A DNA stretch of 64,000 bases from Heteronotia binoei (Eukaryota): the NCBI RefSeq assembly GCF_032191835.1, contig NC_083226.1:73160001-73224000 (forward strand), written 5' to 3'. Position numbers and translations under genes: made by a program. A model generated the notes under the pieces. It ran no database searches, was not told where the DNA came from, and saw only the letters and a program-made list of their open reading frames with translations. Shown here piece by piece: positions 14,347-27,316 of this stretch. Position 1 is the first letter of the stretch, and each line of letters opens with the position of its first letter.

Positions 14347-17300
14347 CTGAAAATGAACAGATGAATACATCTTGTGATTCAGGAAGAAGCCCTGCTCTGC
14401 ACAGCTTCCCTCACTGGCCATATTAATATAAATGTACATACAAAGTACTGTTCAAAAACCAGTTTAAGATACGATGCTGTCTTAAACCATCTATTTATGT
14501 TCATATATACAGAATTATATTATTCATTAGTGTACATTTAACATCTTGCTTTAAAAGCCAGTTAAAATGAACTGCAAGTTCTACTAAAATGTAAAGATGC
14601 ACCATTCTTTTGTGGTAGACAGATCTTGAGTAGAAGATACAGATGCATATATGATATTCTACATGGAGTGCAGGAGCAGAAGGTGATACAAAAGCCCATA
14701 GATGAATCTCTTGCTCAAACCATATAAAGGTTAAGCACTAGGTAAAAGAGTGACAAACATGTGAGTAAAGAGTTTTCAGGCACAATCCACCTAAAGGGTC
14801 TCTACCTAAGAGCCATGGAAATAAAGGAACATCAGTCCTGCACTCTGACAATCCAGTTTGTTTCACTAGATTGTGCCAAACATTAAAAGTGCTGTTCCCT
14901 CCCTTTAAAAATGTTACACTTGAAAATTAAAGGTCAGAGCATTCTGCCTGACAAAAATTTATGGCACAGATTACTCTCTTGTTCTAATGAAGATTATTCA
15001 TTTGTCCATACAAAGAATTTTTAATAACAATATTATATTATGTAAGTAACAGGGCACTTACCTGTCACTGTTGTTCATCCACGATCTTCTGTGCAGGCAC
15101 ACAGGAGGACTGTGCATGAGTAGACCTGCTGCAGAGAGATTTTACAAACTAAAGCCTCCAGGAGGGACTGAGCTTTAGAGCTGGAAGAGGCCATATTCTG
15201 CCCAGATGGTCATGTGCTCCAGGGCTCCATCATCCCCCAACACCCCAGTCCTATAGTGCTGCCGAAGCCAAGAAAGAGAGCATGCAGCAGGGCTGGAAGG
15301 AAGGTATGTGTGCCTGAACAGAATATCCTTGATGAACAACAGTTACAGGTAAGTGCAACCCTGTTTTCATCATTGATCTTCTGTGCAGTCCCACATGGGG
15401 ATTCTAACAAGCTATTCACCACAGGTGGGTAATGCTCTTGTCAGTTGAACAACAATTGGAGAACCATCTTGCCAACTTGAACTTCTGTCTTGCAGATCCA
15501 ATGCATGGTGGCACACAATGGTGTCAGCTAATGACCAAGGTTTAGCACAACAGATTTCTGACAGCAGAACTCCATCCAGGAACAGAGCACAAGAAATCAT
15601 TGGTCTGGTGGAATGGGCATGGACTCCCAAGGGACAGGAAATTTGGCCTGGCCTGGACATAGGAAACCTTGATTGTAGACGCAATCCACCTGGACATTTA
15701 GGACAAAAACCTCTTACCCCTATTAGGGCCAGAAAAACATACAAATAGTACCTTGTCTCTCCTAAAACTAGGGGTCCTTTTAAAATAAAGCAATAAAACT
15801 CTTCTCACATAAAGCATATGTAAGGCCCTTTCATTTCCAAATCCGGTGATGGAAAGAACATCAGCAGAATGATCTCTTGAGAAAAATGAAACAGAGACCA
15901 CTTTGGGTAGAAACTGAATGCTAGGCCTAAGAACCACCTTTCCGGAAAACACTAGTAGGAAACGTGGGTCCACCCATAGATTAGCTGACTCACTGACCCT
16001 CCTAGTGGAGTGATGACCTCCAGAAAACAATCCTTCATAGACAATGGTTCAAAAGACTTGAACATTAACTGAGACAAAACGACAGAAAGGGACCACTGAG
16101 GTACCATAGGGTTCCATGGAGAGTACAAATTAAAAAGATACTTCAGAAACCTTTTAGACAAATGGTGTGAAAAGGCTGACTTCCCTTCTTCTCCCATGTG
16201 ATAACAGGAAAAAGCCTCCAAGTGTGACTTCAGGGAAGAGTGAGCCAATCCATTAGATTTAAGGGAAAGCAGGAACTCAAATATGAATTGCAGCAATCCC
16301 CAAGCAAGCAGAATCTTTATATTTGTACCACTCAAAGAAGTGCTTCCATTTAGAGAGTTTATGAGAATTAGGAGAATCTCATTAACCTGTTGGGAAAAAT
16401 CAGACCTTGATTTGGAGCCTCCAAGCAGCTAACTTGAGGCATGCAACGTTGTGGTGAAATACCTGCCCTATGCTGGTTCATCTGGAAACAGGTGATACTG
16501 AACCTTGGCCATGTCCTTGAGGACCAAGAATCCAATCTGTAATGACCAAAATGGAACCATGTATCATGTTTATACCTTCTCTCCTGTATTCTCTCTAGAA
16601 CCATGATTAGCAGCAGGAAATGCAGGAATGCACAGAACAAGGCCCTTATCCATGGAATCTGAAAAGCGTCTCCTATCGACAGAGCTATCAACCTCAATCA
16701 GGCATGCCAACATATGATGACTAAACTTGCCATTGCTCTAGCTGCAGAATCTGCAAGACTAACCATACTAATTGGTTGCTTTAACAACTTGACAGCCTCA
16801 GTTTGAAACAGATTAATGAGGGATCTTTTATCTTCCAGCAGCGCTCTAGATTGGGGAGAATACTGTCCCACAAGAAAAGTTGGTAACCAGCCATAATGGG
16901 TAGTGGGCCACCCTGAGGCCAAGACTTGCAGAGGAATAGATCTTGTGGCCAATTATATCCAACTTTCTGCCTTTCCAGTCAGTAGGGGCAGCATGGTACA
17001 ATTATCAGCCCTTGGGTTGCATTTTCTCCATCACTAAATAGGCAGGAGACAGGTGCATAGTTAAATAAGCGAGAGTCCTGTTTTATTCTGTCGAAGTTTT
17101 TGACTCTCCTTGATGTAGCCTGGAGAGATGCACGTTTTTACCATAACTCCTGTGTTAAATTGAGTGAGCCTTCCAATATGGGAAAGGCAATAACACCCAG
17201 TGATTCTGCGTAAAGATGCCCCAAAAGCTTGTCCCTTGGTTTATGGTCAAATATGGCTACACCAGTCTTATGAGACTGAGCCATTCTGACCATTTATTCT

Positions 17301-18538
17301 CCATACATGCAAGATTTTTAGTGAGGGGTGCAGAGACAAGATCTCCCACCTGTTCATCGGGGCTAGGGTCAGGTGTAGGGTCCAAGTCAGCCTTTGAACC
17401 AACAGTTCTATTCTCACCATCCTCTTCATCTGACACCAGAATTGGTGAAAGGGGTCTTCTAGAAATTGTGGCCAATGGATGCAATGGGACCTTATATTGT
17501 GAAGCTCAGTATCAACTAAGGTCTGACCTGGATCCAGGGATATAGCCATTAGCCCATTCAGCTAAGTATGCAAGTGACATCAGATGGGGTAGGGATGTGG
17601 TGGCCAAGGTACAATCGCTGGAAGCTGGGACCACAAAATCACTTGACTGGGCTTAGATTTGGAAACATCTGGAACTGAAACAGGCACCTGGTTCCCTTCA
17701 ATCTTTCTTTCAGAAATTGACACAGGGTGACGCTGGCCTGGGAGATGGTATCTTTGGAGGAGGCAAAAAGATAGGTTGCTTACCTGTAACTGATGATCTT
17801 TGAGTGGTCATCTGTGCATTTACACTCATGGGATAGAGTGTCCGTGCTGATCCCTGAATCGGTACCCAAAAAGCCCGGGATTTTTCACACTCAGCACCCA
17901 GTGAGCATGCGCACGAGCCCCAGCATACATGCTCACCCGGGCCGGTGCAAGGATCCTGCCAGTTCCTTCCTGACCGCTGGAAGCCCCTAAAATAGGGAGA
18001 CCGTCAGCAGTGGGGAAGGAGGGCAGGTAGTGTGAATGCACAGATGACCACTCGAAGATCATCAGTTACAGGTAAGCAACCTGTCTATCTTCTTTGCGGT
18101 CTCTGTGCTTCACACTCATGGGAGATTAGCAAGCCAGACATACCTGGAGGCGGGAGCAGACAGTCAACCAGAAGAGACAGCTTGCAGCACCACAGCTCCC
18201 AAACAAGTCCTCTGCTGGGTACGCACATCCAGGGTGTAATGCTTCATGAAAGCATGGGGAGAGGACCAGGTGGCAGCCTTGCAAACGTCCATCAAGGAGA
18301 CACCTTTCAGGAACGCCACTGACGTTGCCATAGCCCTAGTAGAGTGCCCATGGATGGACCCAGGCAACGGCTTCTTTGCCAGCAGGTAACGCAGTTTAAT
18401 AGTTTCAGTAAGCCACTTCGAAAGCCTCTGAGATGAGATTCTGGAAACTAATCGGGGAGCAGCATAGGACACAAAGAGATGCGGATCCTGACGAAAGCCC
18501 TTAGAGCGGCTCAGGTAGAACAGTAACGCACGCTTAAC

Positions 18539-20401
18539 TAGGGATGTCCAAAAAACCTAATTCGGTAGTACACGGATTCGGAAATATATTTTTTTTGGGG
18601 GGGGAATACGGAATCCCGTATATTTCTGAATTCTGTAGTCGGAATAGCCGCATATATGGTAGATGCACAGCTATTTCCGAATATACGGCCCCATTATACC
18701 CTATGGGCCATTGAAATCAATGGCAAATAGGGTATATTTGAAGCCGCCTGGAGAGGAGGGGGTTTGAGGGAGAGCCCCCAAATTTGCAGGGGACCTGCAG
18801 GGAACTCTCCCCTACAAACCCCCCAAGTCCCAAAAAGATTGGGCCAGGGGGTCCAATTCCTGGGGCACCCAAAGCCAAACCTAACTTCACACCAGAGAAT
18901 CTCTATAGGACCCAAATGCACTATATACATCTATCTACTTTATGAACCCTGCCACACAAAACACAATCTGCTCAAGGGGCTGCAGCAAACCCAGATGCCA
19001 GCTCTCCAGCCCTGCCCCAAACAACACAGGGAGAGCTGGCCAAGCACAACAAGCCTGCTGGTTCTGGGTCTCTCACCCAGGTGCCAGCTTCCCTGCCACA
19101 GAACACACAATCTACAGTTGCCAGCTCTCCAGCCCTGCCCCAAACAACACGGGGAGAGCTGGCCAAGCACAACAAGCCTGCTGGTTCTGGGTCTCTCACC
19201 CAGGTGCCAGCTCCCCCCCCTCAAAAAAAAAAACAGAACCAGGAAAAGGGACAACGGGAGAAGGCCAAGAAACTCAACTGTTAAAAAAGTGGCCTTTTAA
19301 ACAATGAAAATTAGGCCAAAAAGCACCCCCCCCCCAAGAACCAGAACCAGAAGAGAAAAGGAACAACAGCAGCACAACACAGCCACAAATCAAACACAGA
19401 ATCCTTTTAAAACAGTAAAAGATGTAACTTTTAACAATACAGGAACTTTGCCAACCCCCCCCCCCCAAAAAAAAACCCTTTCACCCTAATCCCAAGAAAT
19501 CCAAGCCACCCAAATCAGGAAAAGTAAAAGGACACTGCACTTTTAAAAGTCCTCTCACTAAAGTAAGATATGGGCAAATTGGCAAACTCCACCCCCCCAC
19601 CCCAGGCCCCCTTCCCCAGCAGAACCCCCTAACCCTAACCCCAAATAAGCTATTACCCACCACCCAAATCTGGATAAGTAAAGGGACTCTGCGTCTTAAA
19701 AAGTCCTTTTACCAACTAAAATAAAAACAAGAACCCCAAGACTGTCTTATCTTAGACGTCTTCTCTACTCCAGGCAAGTCTGGTAAGGCTGAGAGAGAGC
19801 AGCAGCAGCTGAGGCCAAGGGCCAGCATAGCACAATCTCTCTCACACACCAACACAGCAGCAATGGAGGAGTCCAGCGAGGCAGACTCCTTAAAAAGGTT
19901 ATCTGGCCTTACAGAGAGCAGTTTCAAAAAATAGCACTGCTCTGTGATTGGCCAGACAACAGTGCTTACTTGGATACCCAATTAAGCAAAAGATCAAAAG
20001 AACAACAATGTTGCTGATGGCTGGGGGATCACCTACACAACAGCCCTGCAAAGCATGCATTTGCAATGCATTTTGCAAATGCATGCTTTGGATTGGCTGC
20101 TGGGGCTCCTCTCCCCCCCTCCCCCCCCCCCCTCCCTGATCCCAGGGAGGCTATGGGAGAGGCAGGAAAAGGTGGGAAAGGAGGCAAGCAGCTCCCCTGA
20201 GGCTGCAGAAGCCCCTTTCCCACCTTTTTGCATTGAATTCCGTATACTTCCGAATATCTACATGGAAGTATATGGGGAGCCATACTCTGGTCCCGCATAA
20301 TGGGCCCCAATTGGATTCGGCTGTATGCGATTTCGTATACAGCCGAATAAGGGGTGATTCGGCGGTTGATTTCGTTCAGCTGAACCGAATGCACACCCCT
20401 A
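18539..20401. mobile_element. 1.86-kb non-autonomous hAT-like element
   Basis: TIRs TAGGGATGTCCA and TGCACACCCCTA; subterminal TTCGG/CCGAA repeats; degenerate TSD CGCTTAAC/TGCTTAAA. The YR reading frame rejoins across it. Confidence 0.8.
18996..19215. repeat. Direct duplication, about 123-bp period, inside the hAT element
   Basis: tgccagctctccagccctgccccaaacaacac...cccaggtgccagct occurs at 18996 and 19119. Confidence 0.9.
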
Positions 20402-21019
20402 TGCTTAAAATGAAGGTGTGCAGTCGGCGCTCCTCGTCCGAGGTAGGCATAGAGTAAAACATAGGCAGCCAAACTTTCAACTTAAGGTGAAACTGGGAAA
20501 CCACCTGAGGGAAAAACGAAACATCGGGAGCCAAAAATACTCCTGACTCATGAAAAACCAAGTACAGGTGGTCACAACGCATAGCGATGAGTTCCCCCAC
20601 CCGGCGTGCTGACGTGATTGCCACCAAAAATGCAGTTTTCCAAGACAGGAGTTGCAGGGAACAGGTTGCCATCGGTTCAAAAGGGTGCCTGGTCAACCTA
20701 TCCAAAACTAATGGCAAATCCCACAACTGTGGGGATGATCTAGTCAGAGGGTACAACCTGAGAAGTCCCTTCAGGAATTGCTTCGAGCAAGGATGGGCAA
20801 ACACTGAATGCCCCTCAACCGAATCATGTTGAGCTGATATAGCTGATAAATAAACTTTCACTGAAGAAATGGAAAGGCCAGCATCAACAAGAGACAAAAG
20901 AAAATCAAAAATCACAGGTAAGCCGACCTGTTGGGGTGAGACTGCAGTATCAGCCAAAAAACGTACAAATTTCCCACACTTCCTGTCATAGGAGATTTGG
21001 GTAGACAACTTCCTACTGT

Positions 21020-22519
21020 TCAGAAAAATGTGGTGGACCCTATTCGAAAATCCGCAGGATCAATGAACCATGCCGTCAACTTTAAGTGAGGTATGTTGTG
21101 ATGAAACACTTGACCTTCCTGGGCCGAAAGGAGGTCTGGCTCCACTGGGAAATGATGAAAAATTCCCCGCACTAATTGGAGCAAGATTAGAAACCAATTT
21201 TGTTGAGGCCACCACGGCGTGATTAGTATGCACCTCGGTTCCTCTTGCTTTATTTTGCTGACTACCCTTGTCAGCAGCGAAAGGGGCGGGAACAGGTAAA
21301 GGAAAAAACCCCTCCAAGGGAGCAGTACACCGCCCCCCAAGGAAGCCGGGTCCATCCCCCCGGGTGCAAAACAAGGGACACTTCCGATTCAGGGCTGTGG
21401 CGAAAACATCGATCTGGGGATACCCCCACAGCCGAAACACTGGATGAAGGAAACACCACTGTATCTCCCATTTGTGCGGAGACGTGGCTCCTCTGCTCAA
21501 GGAGTCCACCTGAGGTTTGAGTACCCTGGGGAGATGGGAAGTCTTCACATAGATGCCCTGATTCAAACATTCCAGCCACAGCTCTATCACTAGAGCAGAG
21601 TTTTCAGGAGACTATCCCACCCTGTCTGTTGACATAACACAGGGCTGTAGTATTGTCCCTCAGCACAGTCACAGCCTTTCCTGCTACTAAGGGGCAGAAA
21701 GACCGAAGAGCGAAATGAATCACCAAAAGTTCCAGATAGTTTATATGGCAAAAAGTCAGCTGTAGAGGCCATGGACCCCCCCCCCACACACACACACAGA
21801 GTATCCATGTGAGCACCCCTTCCCCATAGGGATACATCCGTGGTGATCATAACCGTCGTTACTGGCAGATGGAAGGGAGCTCCTTGACAGATGTTGTCTC
21901 TGGAGGTCCACCATTCCAGCGACCGAAGTATCGAGGGTGGAATCTTGAACCTCTTTCGAGGGGAGTCCCGTAGGGGGCAAAACTGTTTGAGAAACCAAAG
22001 TTGAAGCCCTCACATGCAGAGATTCGCGAACAACAACACGTTTGTAGTCGCCACCATCAGTCCCAGCAGCCACTGCAACTGTTGTGCCGTGCCCCATTTC
22101 CTGAGTTGAAAAAGTCGAATGAGGGTTATAATGTCCATTGCCCGCTGCTGGGGCAGAAAGGCAAGATGAAAGTCCGTGTCCAGCAGAGCTCCGATAAATT
22201 GAACTTTCTTTGATGGCAGCAAGTGAGACTTTTTTGTGCTTACCTGCAGACCTAGGGTATGGAGAAGGCGGAGAGTTGTAGCAATATGGCAGGGCAGACG
22301 ATCTTTTGAATCTGCCACAAGGAGCCAATCGTCTATGTACGGGAAGACAACTATGCCTTGAAGCCTGAGGTGTGCTGCTACAACGCTCATCATCTTGGTA
22401 AACACCCGCGGTGCAGTAAAAAGGCCGAATGGGAGGGCTTTGAACTGAAAGTGGTTGGAGCCTATCACAAACCTAAGAAACTGCCTGCAAGATGGATGGA
22501 TGCTGACATGGAAGTAGGC
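21020..22519 (-). pseudogene. DIRS-B pol remnant: RT C-terminal half, RNase H and N6-adenine methyltransferase-like (MT) domain
   Basis: AYFHVSI..FQFKALPFGLFTAPRVFTK..YIDDWLL (RT); RDNTTALCYVNRQGG (RH); IDVFAT and LYLFPP..ILITPWWPQQNWF (MT). Frameshifted. Confidence 0.88.
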
Positions 22520-22580
22520 ATAAGACATAAGAGAAGCCATGTTGGATAAGGCCAATGGCCCATCCAGTTCACCACTCTGT

Positions 22581-22744
22581 NNNNNNNNNNNNNNNNNNNN
22601 NNNNNNNNNNNNNNNNNNNNNNNNNNNNNNNNNNNNNNNNNNNNNNNNNNNNNNNNNNNNNNNNNNNNNNNNNNNNNNNNNNNNNNNNNNNNNNNNNNNN
22701 NNNNNNNNNNNNNNNNNNNNNNNNNNNNNNNNNNNNNNNNNNNN
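22581..22744. other. Assembly gap (164 N) within the CR1 3' region
   Basis: Run of N; both flanks are collinear with the CR1 copy at 12055. Confidence 0.99.
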
Positions 22745-25500
22745 CTGATGGACTTCTGCTCCATATTTTTATCTAACCACCTCTTGAAGCTGGCTATGCT
22801 TGTAACCGCCACCACCTCCTGTGGCAGTGAATTCCACATGTTAATCACACTTTGGATGAAGAAGTGCCTCCCTTTATCCGTTTTAACCCGACTGCTCAGC
22901 AATTTCATCGAATGCCCACGAGTTCTTGTATTGTGAGAAAGGGAGAAAAGTACTTCTTTCTCTACCTTCTCCATCCCATGCATTATCTTGTAAACCTATA
23001 TCATGTCACCTCGCAGTCGACGTTTCTCCAAGCTAAAGAGCCCCAAGCGTTTTAACCTTTCTTCATATGGAAAGTGTTCCAATCCTTTAATCATTCTAGT
23101 TGCCCTTTTCTGGACTTTTTCCAATGCTATAATATCCTTTTTGAGGTGCGGTGACCAGAATTGTACACAGTATTCCAAATGAGACCGCACAATCAATTTA
23201 TACAGGGGCATTATGATACTGGCTGATTTGTTTTCAATTCCCTTCCTAATAATTCCCAGCATGGCGTTGACCTTTTTTATTGCAATTGCACACTGTCTTG
23301 ACATTTTCAGTGAGTTATCTGCCACGGCCCCAAGATCTCTCTCTTGGTCAGTCTCTGCTTGGTTCCAATGTGCATTACTTTGCACTTGGCCACATTGAAC
23401 CTCATCTGCCACATTGACGTCCACTCACACAGCCTCAACAGATCCCTTTGGAGTGCCTCACAAGTCTCTCTGGTTCTCACCACCCTGAACAATTTAGTGT
23501 CATCTGCAAACTTGGCCACTTCACTGCTTACTTCCAACTCCAGATTATTTATGAACAAGTTAAAGAGCATGGGACCCAGTGCTTAACCCTGTGGCACCCC
23601 ACTGCTTACCATCCTCCACTGCAAAGACTGCCCATTTATACTCACTCTCTGCTTCCTATTAATTAGCCAGTTTTTGATCCACAAGAGGACCTGTCCTTTT
23701 ACTCCATGACTCTTGAGCTTATTAAGGAGCCTTTGATAAGGAACTTTATCAAAAGCTTTCTGGAAGTCAAGGTAAACAACATCTATTGGGTCTCCTTTGT
23801 CCACATGTTTGTTCACCCCCTCAAAGAAATGCAACAGGTTAGTGAGGCAAGATCTTTCCTTACAGAACCCATGCTGAGTCTTCCTCAATAACTTGTGTTC
23901 ATCAATGTGCCTACTCATTCTGTCCTTGATAATGGTTTCTACCAACTTTCCCGGTATTGAAGTCAGACTGACTGGCCTGTAATTTCCCGGATCTCCTCTG
24001 GAACCCTTTTTAAAGATGGGGGTGACGTTTGCTACCTTCCAGTCCTCAGGAATGGAGGCAGATTTCAATGAAAGATTACATTTTTTTGTCAGAAGATCCA
24101 CAAGTTCAACTTTGAGTTATTCCAGAACTCTTGGATATATGCTATCCGGACCTGGTGACTTATTAGTTTTTAATTCGTCTATCAGTTGTGGAACCTCCTC
24201 TCTTGTCACCTCAGTCTGACTCAGGTCTTTCAAAAACCCCTCCAAAATAAGTGGTTCTGGAGCAGGCACACACTTCTAATCTTCCACTGTGAAGACGGAG
24301 GCAAAAAATGCATTCAGCTTCTCAGCCATTTCCCTATGCTCATTCAGTAATCCTTTTATCCCTTGGTCATCCAAGGGCCCCTGGCCCCTGCCTCCCTGGC
24401 TGGTTTCCTGCTTCTAATATATTTGAAGAAATTTTTATTATTGGTCTTTATGTTTTTTGCAATATGCTTCTCATAGTCCCTTTTTGCCTGCCTGATTACA
24501 GTCTTGCATTTGATTTGCCACAGCCTGTGTTCCCTTTTATTAATCTCACTGGGACTAGCTTTCCACTGCTTAAATGAGTCCTTCTTACCTTTTACAGCTT
24601 CCATTACTTTGTTTGTTAACCATGCAGGCCTTTTCTTATACCTGTTTGTGCCTTTCCTAACTTGTGGTATATATTTTATCTGAGCTTCTAGGATTGTAGT
24701 TTTAAATAGCCTCCAAACTGTATTTATCTTTCCTTTCAGTTTCCTCTTCACATGCCTCCTCATCTCAGAGAATTTACCCCTTTTAAAGTTAAACGTGGTT
24801 GTGCTTGTCTTTTGGGACAACTCCTTATTTATACAAATGCTGAAATCAGTAACATTATTGTCACTGCTCCCAAGTGGTTCGATCACTTTTACATCTCTCA
24901 CCCAGTCTTGGGCATTACTTAGGACCAAATCCAGGATCGCCCTACCCCTGGTAGGTTCTGTGACCATCTGCTCCACAGCACCGTCATTTAGAGCATCTAG
25001 AAACTCAATCTCTTTCTCTCGACCAGAACACATATTAACCCAATCAATCTGCGGGTGGTTAAAATAACCTATTATGACACAATTTTTACGTTTAGCCACT
25101 ATCTTTTATCCCTCCATCATATTATAATCATTCTCTATCTTTTGATTTGGTGGACGATAACGAACTCCCATAGATAAATTTCCTTTTGGGCCCTCTGTTT
25201 CAACCCAAAGCATTTCTAGAAGGGAATCTAATTATCTGACCTCAGTCTTACTGGACTGTTTACCCTCTCTGACATACAGAGCCATTCCACCTCCAACCCT
25301 TCCCTCCCTATCCTTCTGATATAACTTATATCCAGGAATCACCGTGTCCCACTGATTCTCCTCATTCCACCAAGTTTCTGAAATTCCCATAATGTCTATG
25401 TTTTCTCCCAACACTAAACATTCCAAGTCACCAATTTTACTTCAAACATTTCTAGCATTTGAATACAAACATATATAATTTCCCAGGCAAGCTAGGCCCG
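22745..25500 (-). pseudogene. CR1 ORF2 (APE endonuclease plus RT), disrupted
   Basis: IMGISETWW, LDLVL, YRPVSLTS, YLDFQKAFDKV, FADD motifs; stops, frameshifts and small deletions. Confidence 0.9.
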
Positions 25501-25739
25501 CAACCTTCCTCCTGCCCCCTCGAGACTTTGGCAGACAGTCCATACTGTTGTCACCATCTCAGTGAACAACTCTGATCCATTACCTGGTAGAAAAATAACA
25601 GCTAACCCTTAATCTCTTTGAGATGAGTCCTCCTGAACCAGAGACATTTCATCTCCTGTTGGCTTTCCCTCAAGATTTAGTTTAAAAACTGCTCTGTCAC
25701 CTTTTTGATTTTAAGCGCCAGCAGCCTGATTCCATCTGG

Positions 25740-26590
25740 GGACCGTCTTTTTTGTATAGCTCCCGCTTGTTCCAGAAAGCATCCCAGTGCCTAACAAACT
25801 TAAACTCTTCCTCCTTACACCATCGTCTCATCTACATATTGAGACTTCTAATTTGTGCCTGTCTCTCCAGCCCTGCACGTGGAACAGGTAGCACTTCTGA
25901 GAAGGCTACCTTGGAGGTCCTAGCCTTAAGTCTCCCACCTAGCAGCCTAAATTTTTCCTCCAGGACCTCACGACTGCATTTCCCCACATTGTTGGTGCCA
26001 ACATGCACCATGACCACTGGCTCCTCCCCAGCACTGTCTATCAGCCTATCTACTACATGTGTAATGTCCGCTACCTTCGCACCAGGCAGGCAGGTCACCA
26101 TACGGTCAGCATGAGGTTTTGCCACCCAGCTGTCTACTTGCCTAAGGATCGAATCACCAACTACCAAGATCCCCCCTCTTTCCCTGCCCAGGGATGGTTC
26201 CTTGGCGCAAAAGGATACCCGCTCACCAACTGAAGAAGAGGTCCCTTCTGAGGGAGCATTCCCCTTATCCTCAGCACGGTGCCGTGTTCCCTCTTGACCC
26301 TCATGCTCCCTGGCAGCAACAGGGCTGCCAAGTTCAGAGTGGGGCTCATCTAATACATCCCCGAGAGCCTTCTCCGAGTGCTTAACTGACTGTCTCTGCT
26401 TCTCCAGGTCAGTCACCTCAACCTCAAGGGTACGAACTCGTTCCATGAAAACCAGGAGCTCCTTGCATCGAGAACACACCCAAGACTTCTGTCCTGTGGG
26501 CAGATAGTCATACATGTGACACTCAGTGCAAAACACTGGAAAGCCCCCACCTCCCTGCTGGCATTCTACCTTCATGATAGCTTTTTTCAA
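25740..26590 (-). pseudogene. CR1 ORF1 (C4 zinc finger plus SGNH esterase-like domain), premature stop
   Basis: FCTECHMY..VCSRCKEL; VVGDSILR, CLPGAKV and VHVGTNN blocks. Confidence 0.88.
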
Positions 26591-27264
26591 AAATATACAA
26601 TCCCCTTTTAAATCCTGTTTGTTTATACAGTCCCCTTTTAAATCCTGTTGACCTTCTGGAGGGTTAACTTACCTTATTGGGAGCACAAGGAAATTAGGGA
26701 TCTGGGTTCCTGGTCCTTACAGAGCCCCCTGGCCAAGAGCCCTTTAGCTCTCGCCCTTCGGCTCGCACCAAAGGCTCGCACCTCTGGCAAGGCGCAGCTT
26801 AATAATGCAAAGAGGGTGGGGAACACAGCCACTCCTAATCAATCAGCAACAATCACCTTCAATCACCTTCACCTTCAGCCCACTCAAACCAAACAGACAG
26901 CAGTTCCCCAGCAACCACAAACTCAGAATTTTCAGCAGTCACACAAACTCAGAAACTCTCAGCCATTTCCCCAGCTGCTTAGCCAAACCTCACCCTTATA
27001 TCACTTATTCTCTGCTCTCTCTCAGAGCTCTTTGAAATGTCTTTCAGGTCCAAGGTCGCCATCCAGTCTCCTTGGCAGATAAGGGGAAGGATTGTCTGTA
27101 GAGTGGACATCTGAAATTTCTGATACACGATAAACTTGTTTAAATTTCAGAGGTCCATAACTGGTCTCAGTCCACCATCCCGTTTGGGAACCAGAAAATA
27201 ATGAGAATAGAACCCCGCCCCCCCCCCCCCCATCCTGACTGCTGAGGGGACCGGTTCTATGGCT

Positions 27265-27316
27265 TGTTGGACTGGATGGGCCATTGGCCTGATTCAGCAT
27301 GGCTTCTCTTATGTTC
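27265..27316 (+). mobile_element. 52-bp CR1 3' terminus, inverted relative to the adjacent CR1
   Basis: tgttggactggatgggccattggcctgattcagcatggcttctcttatgttc is the reverse complement of the CR1 tail seen at 12062-12114. Confidence 0.88.

Larger units (their letters stand above)
18164..21008 (-). pseudogene. DIRS-B tyrosine recombinase, split by hAT insertion 18539-20401
   Basis: KTAFLVAITSARRVGEL (first Arg), HGHSTRAMATS (H-x-x-R) and FMKHYTLD (catalytic Tyr). Confidence 0.9.
22520..27050 (-). mobile_element. Near full-length CR1 LINE inserted in DIRS-B
   Basis: 3' tail cataagagaagcc at 22526; ORF2 (APE plus RT) and ORF1 present. The 5' boundary (about 26800-27050) is approximate. Confidence 0.92.

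Noticed and set aside
19623-19642. Interstitial telomeric repeat
   Set aside because: Only about 2 CCCTAA units inside a C-rich transposon interior.
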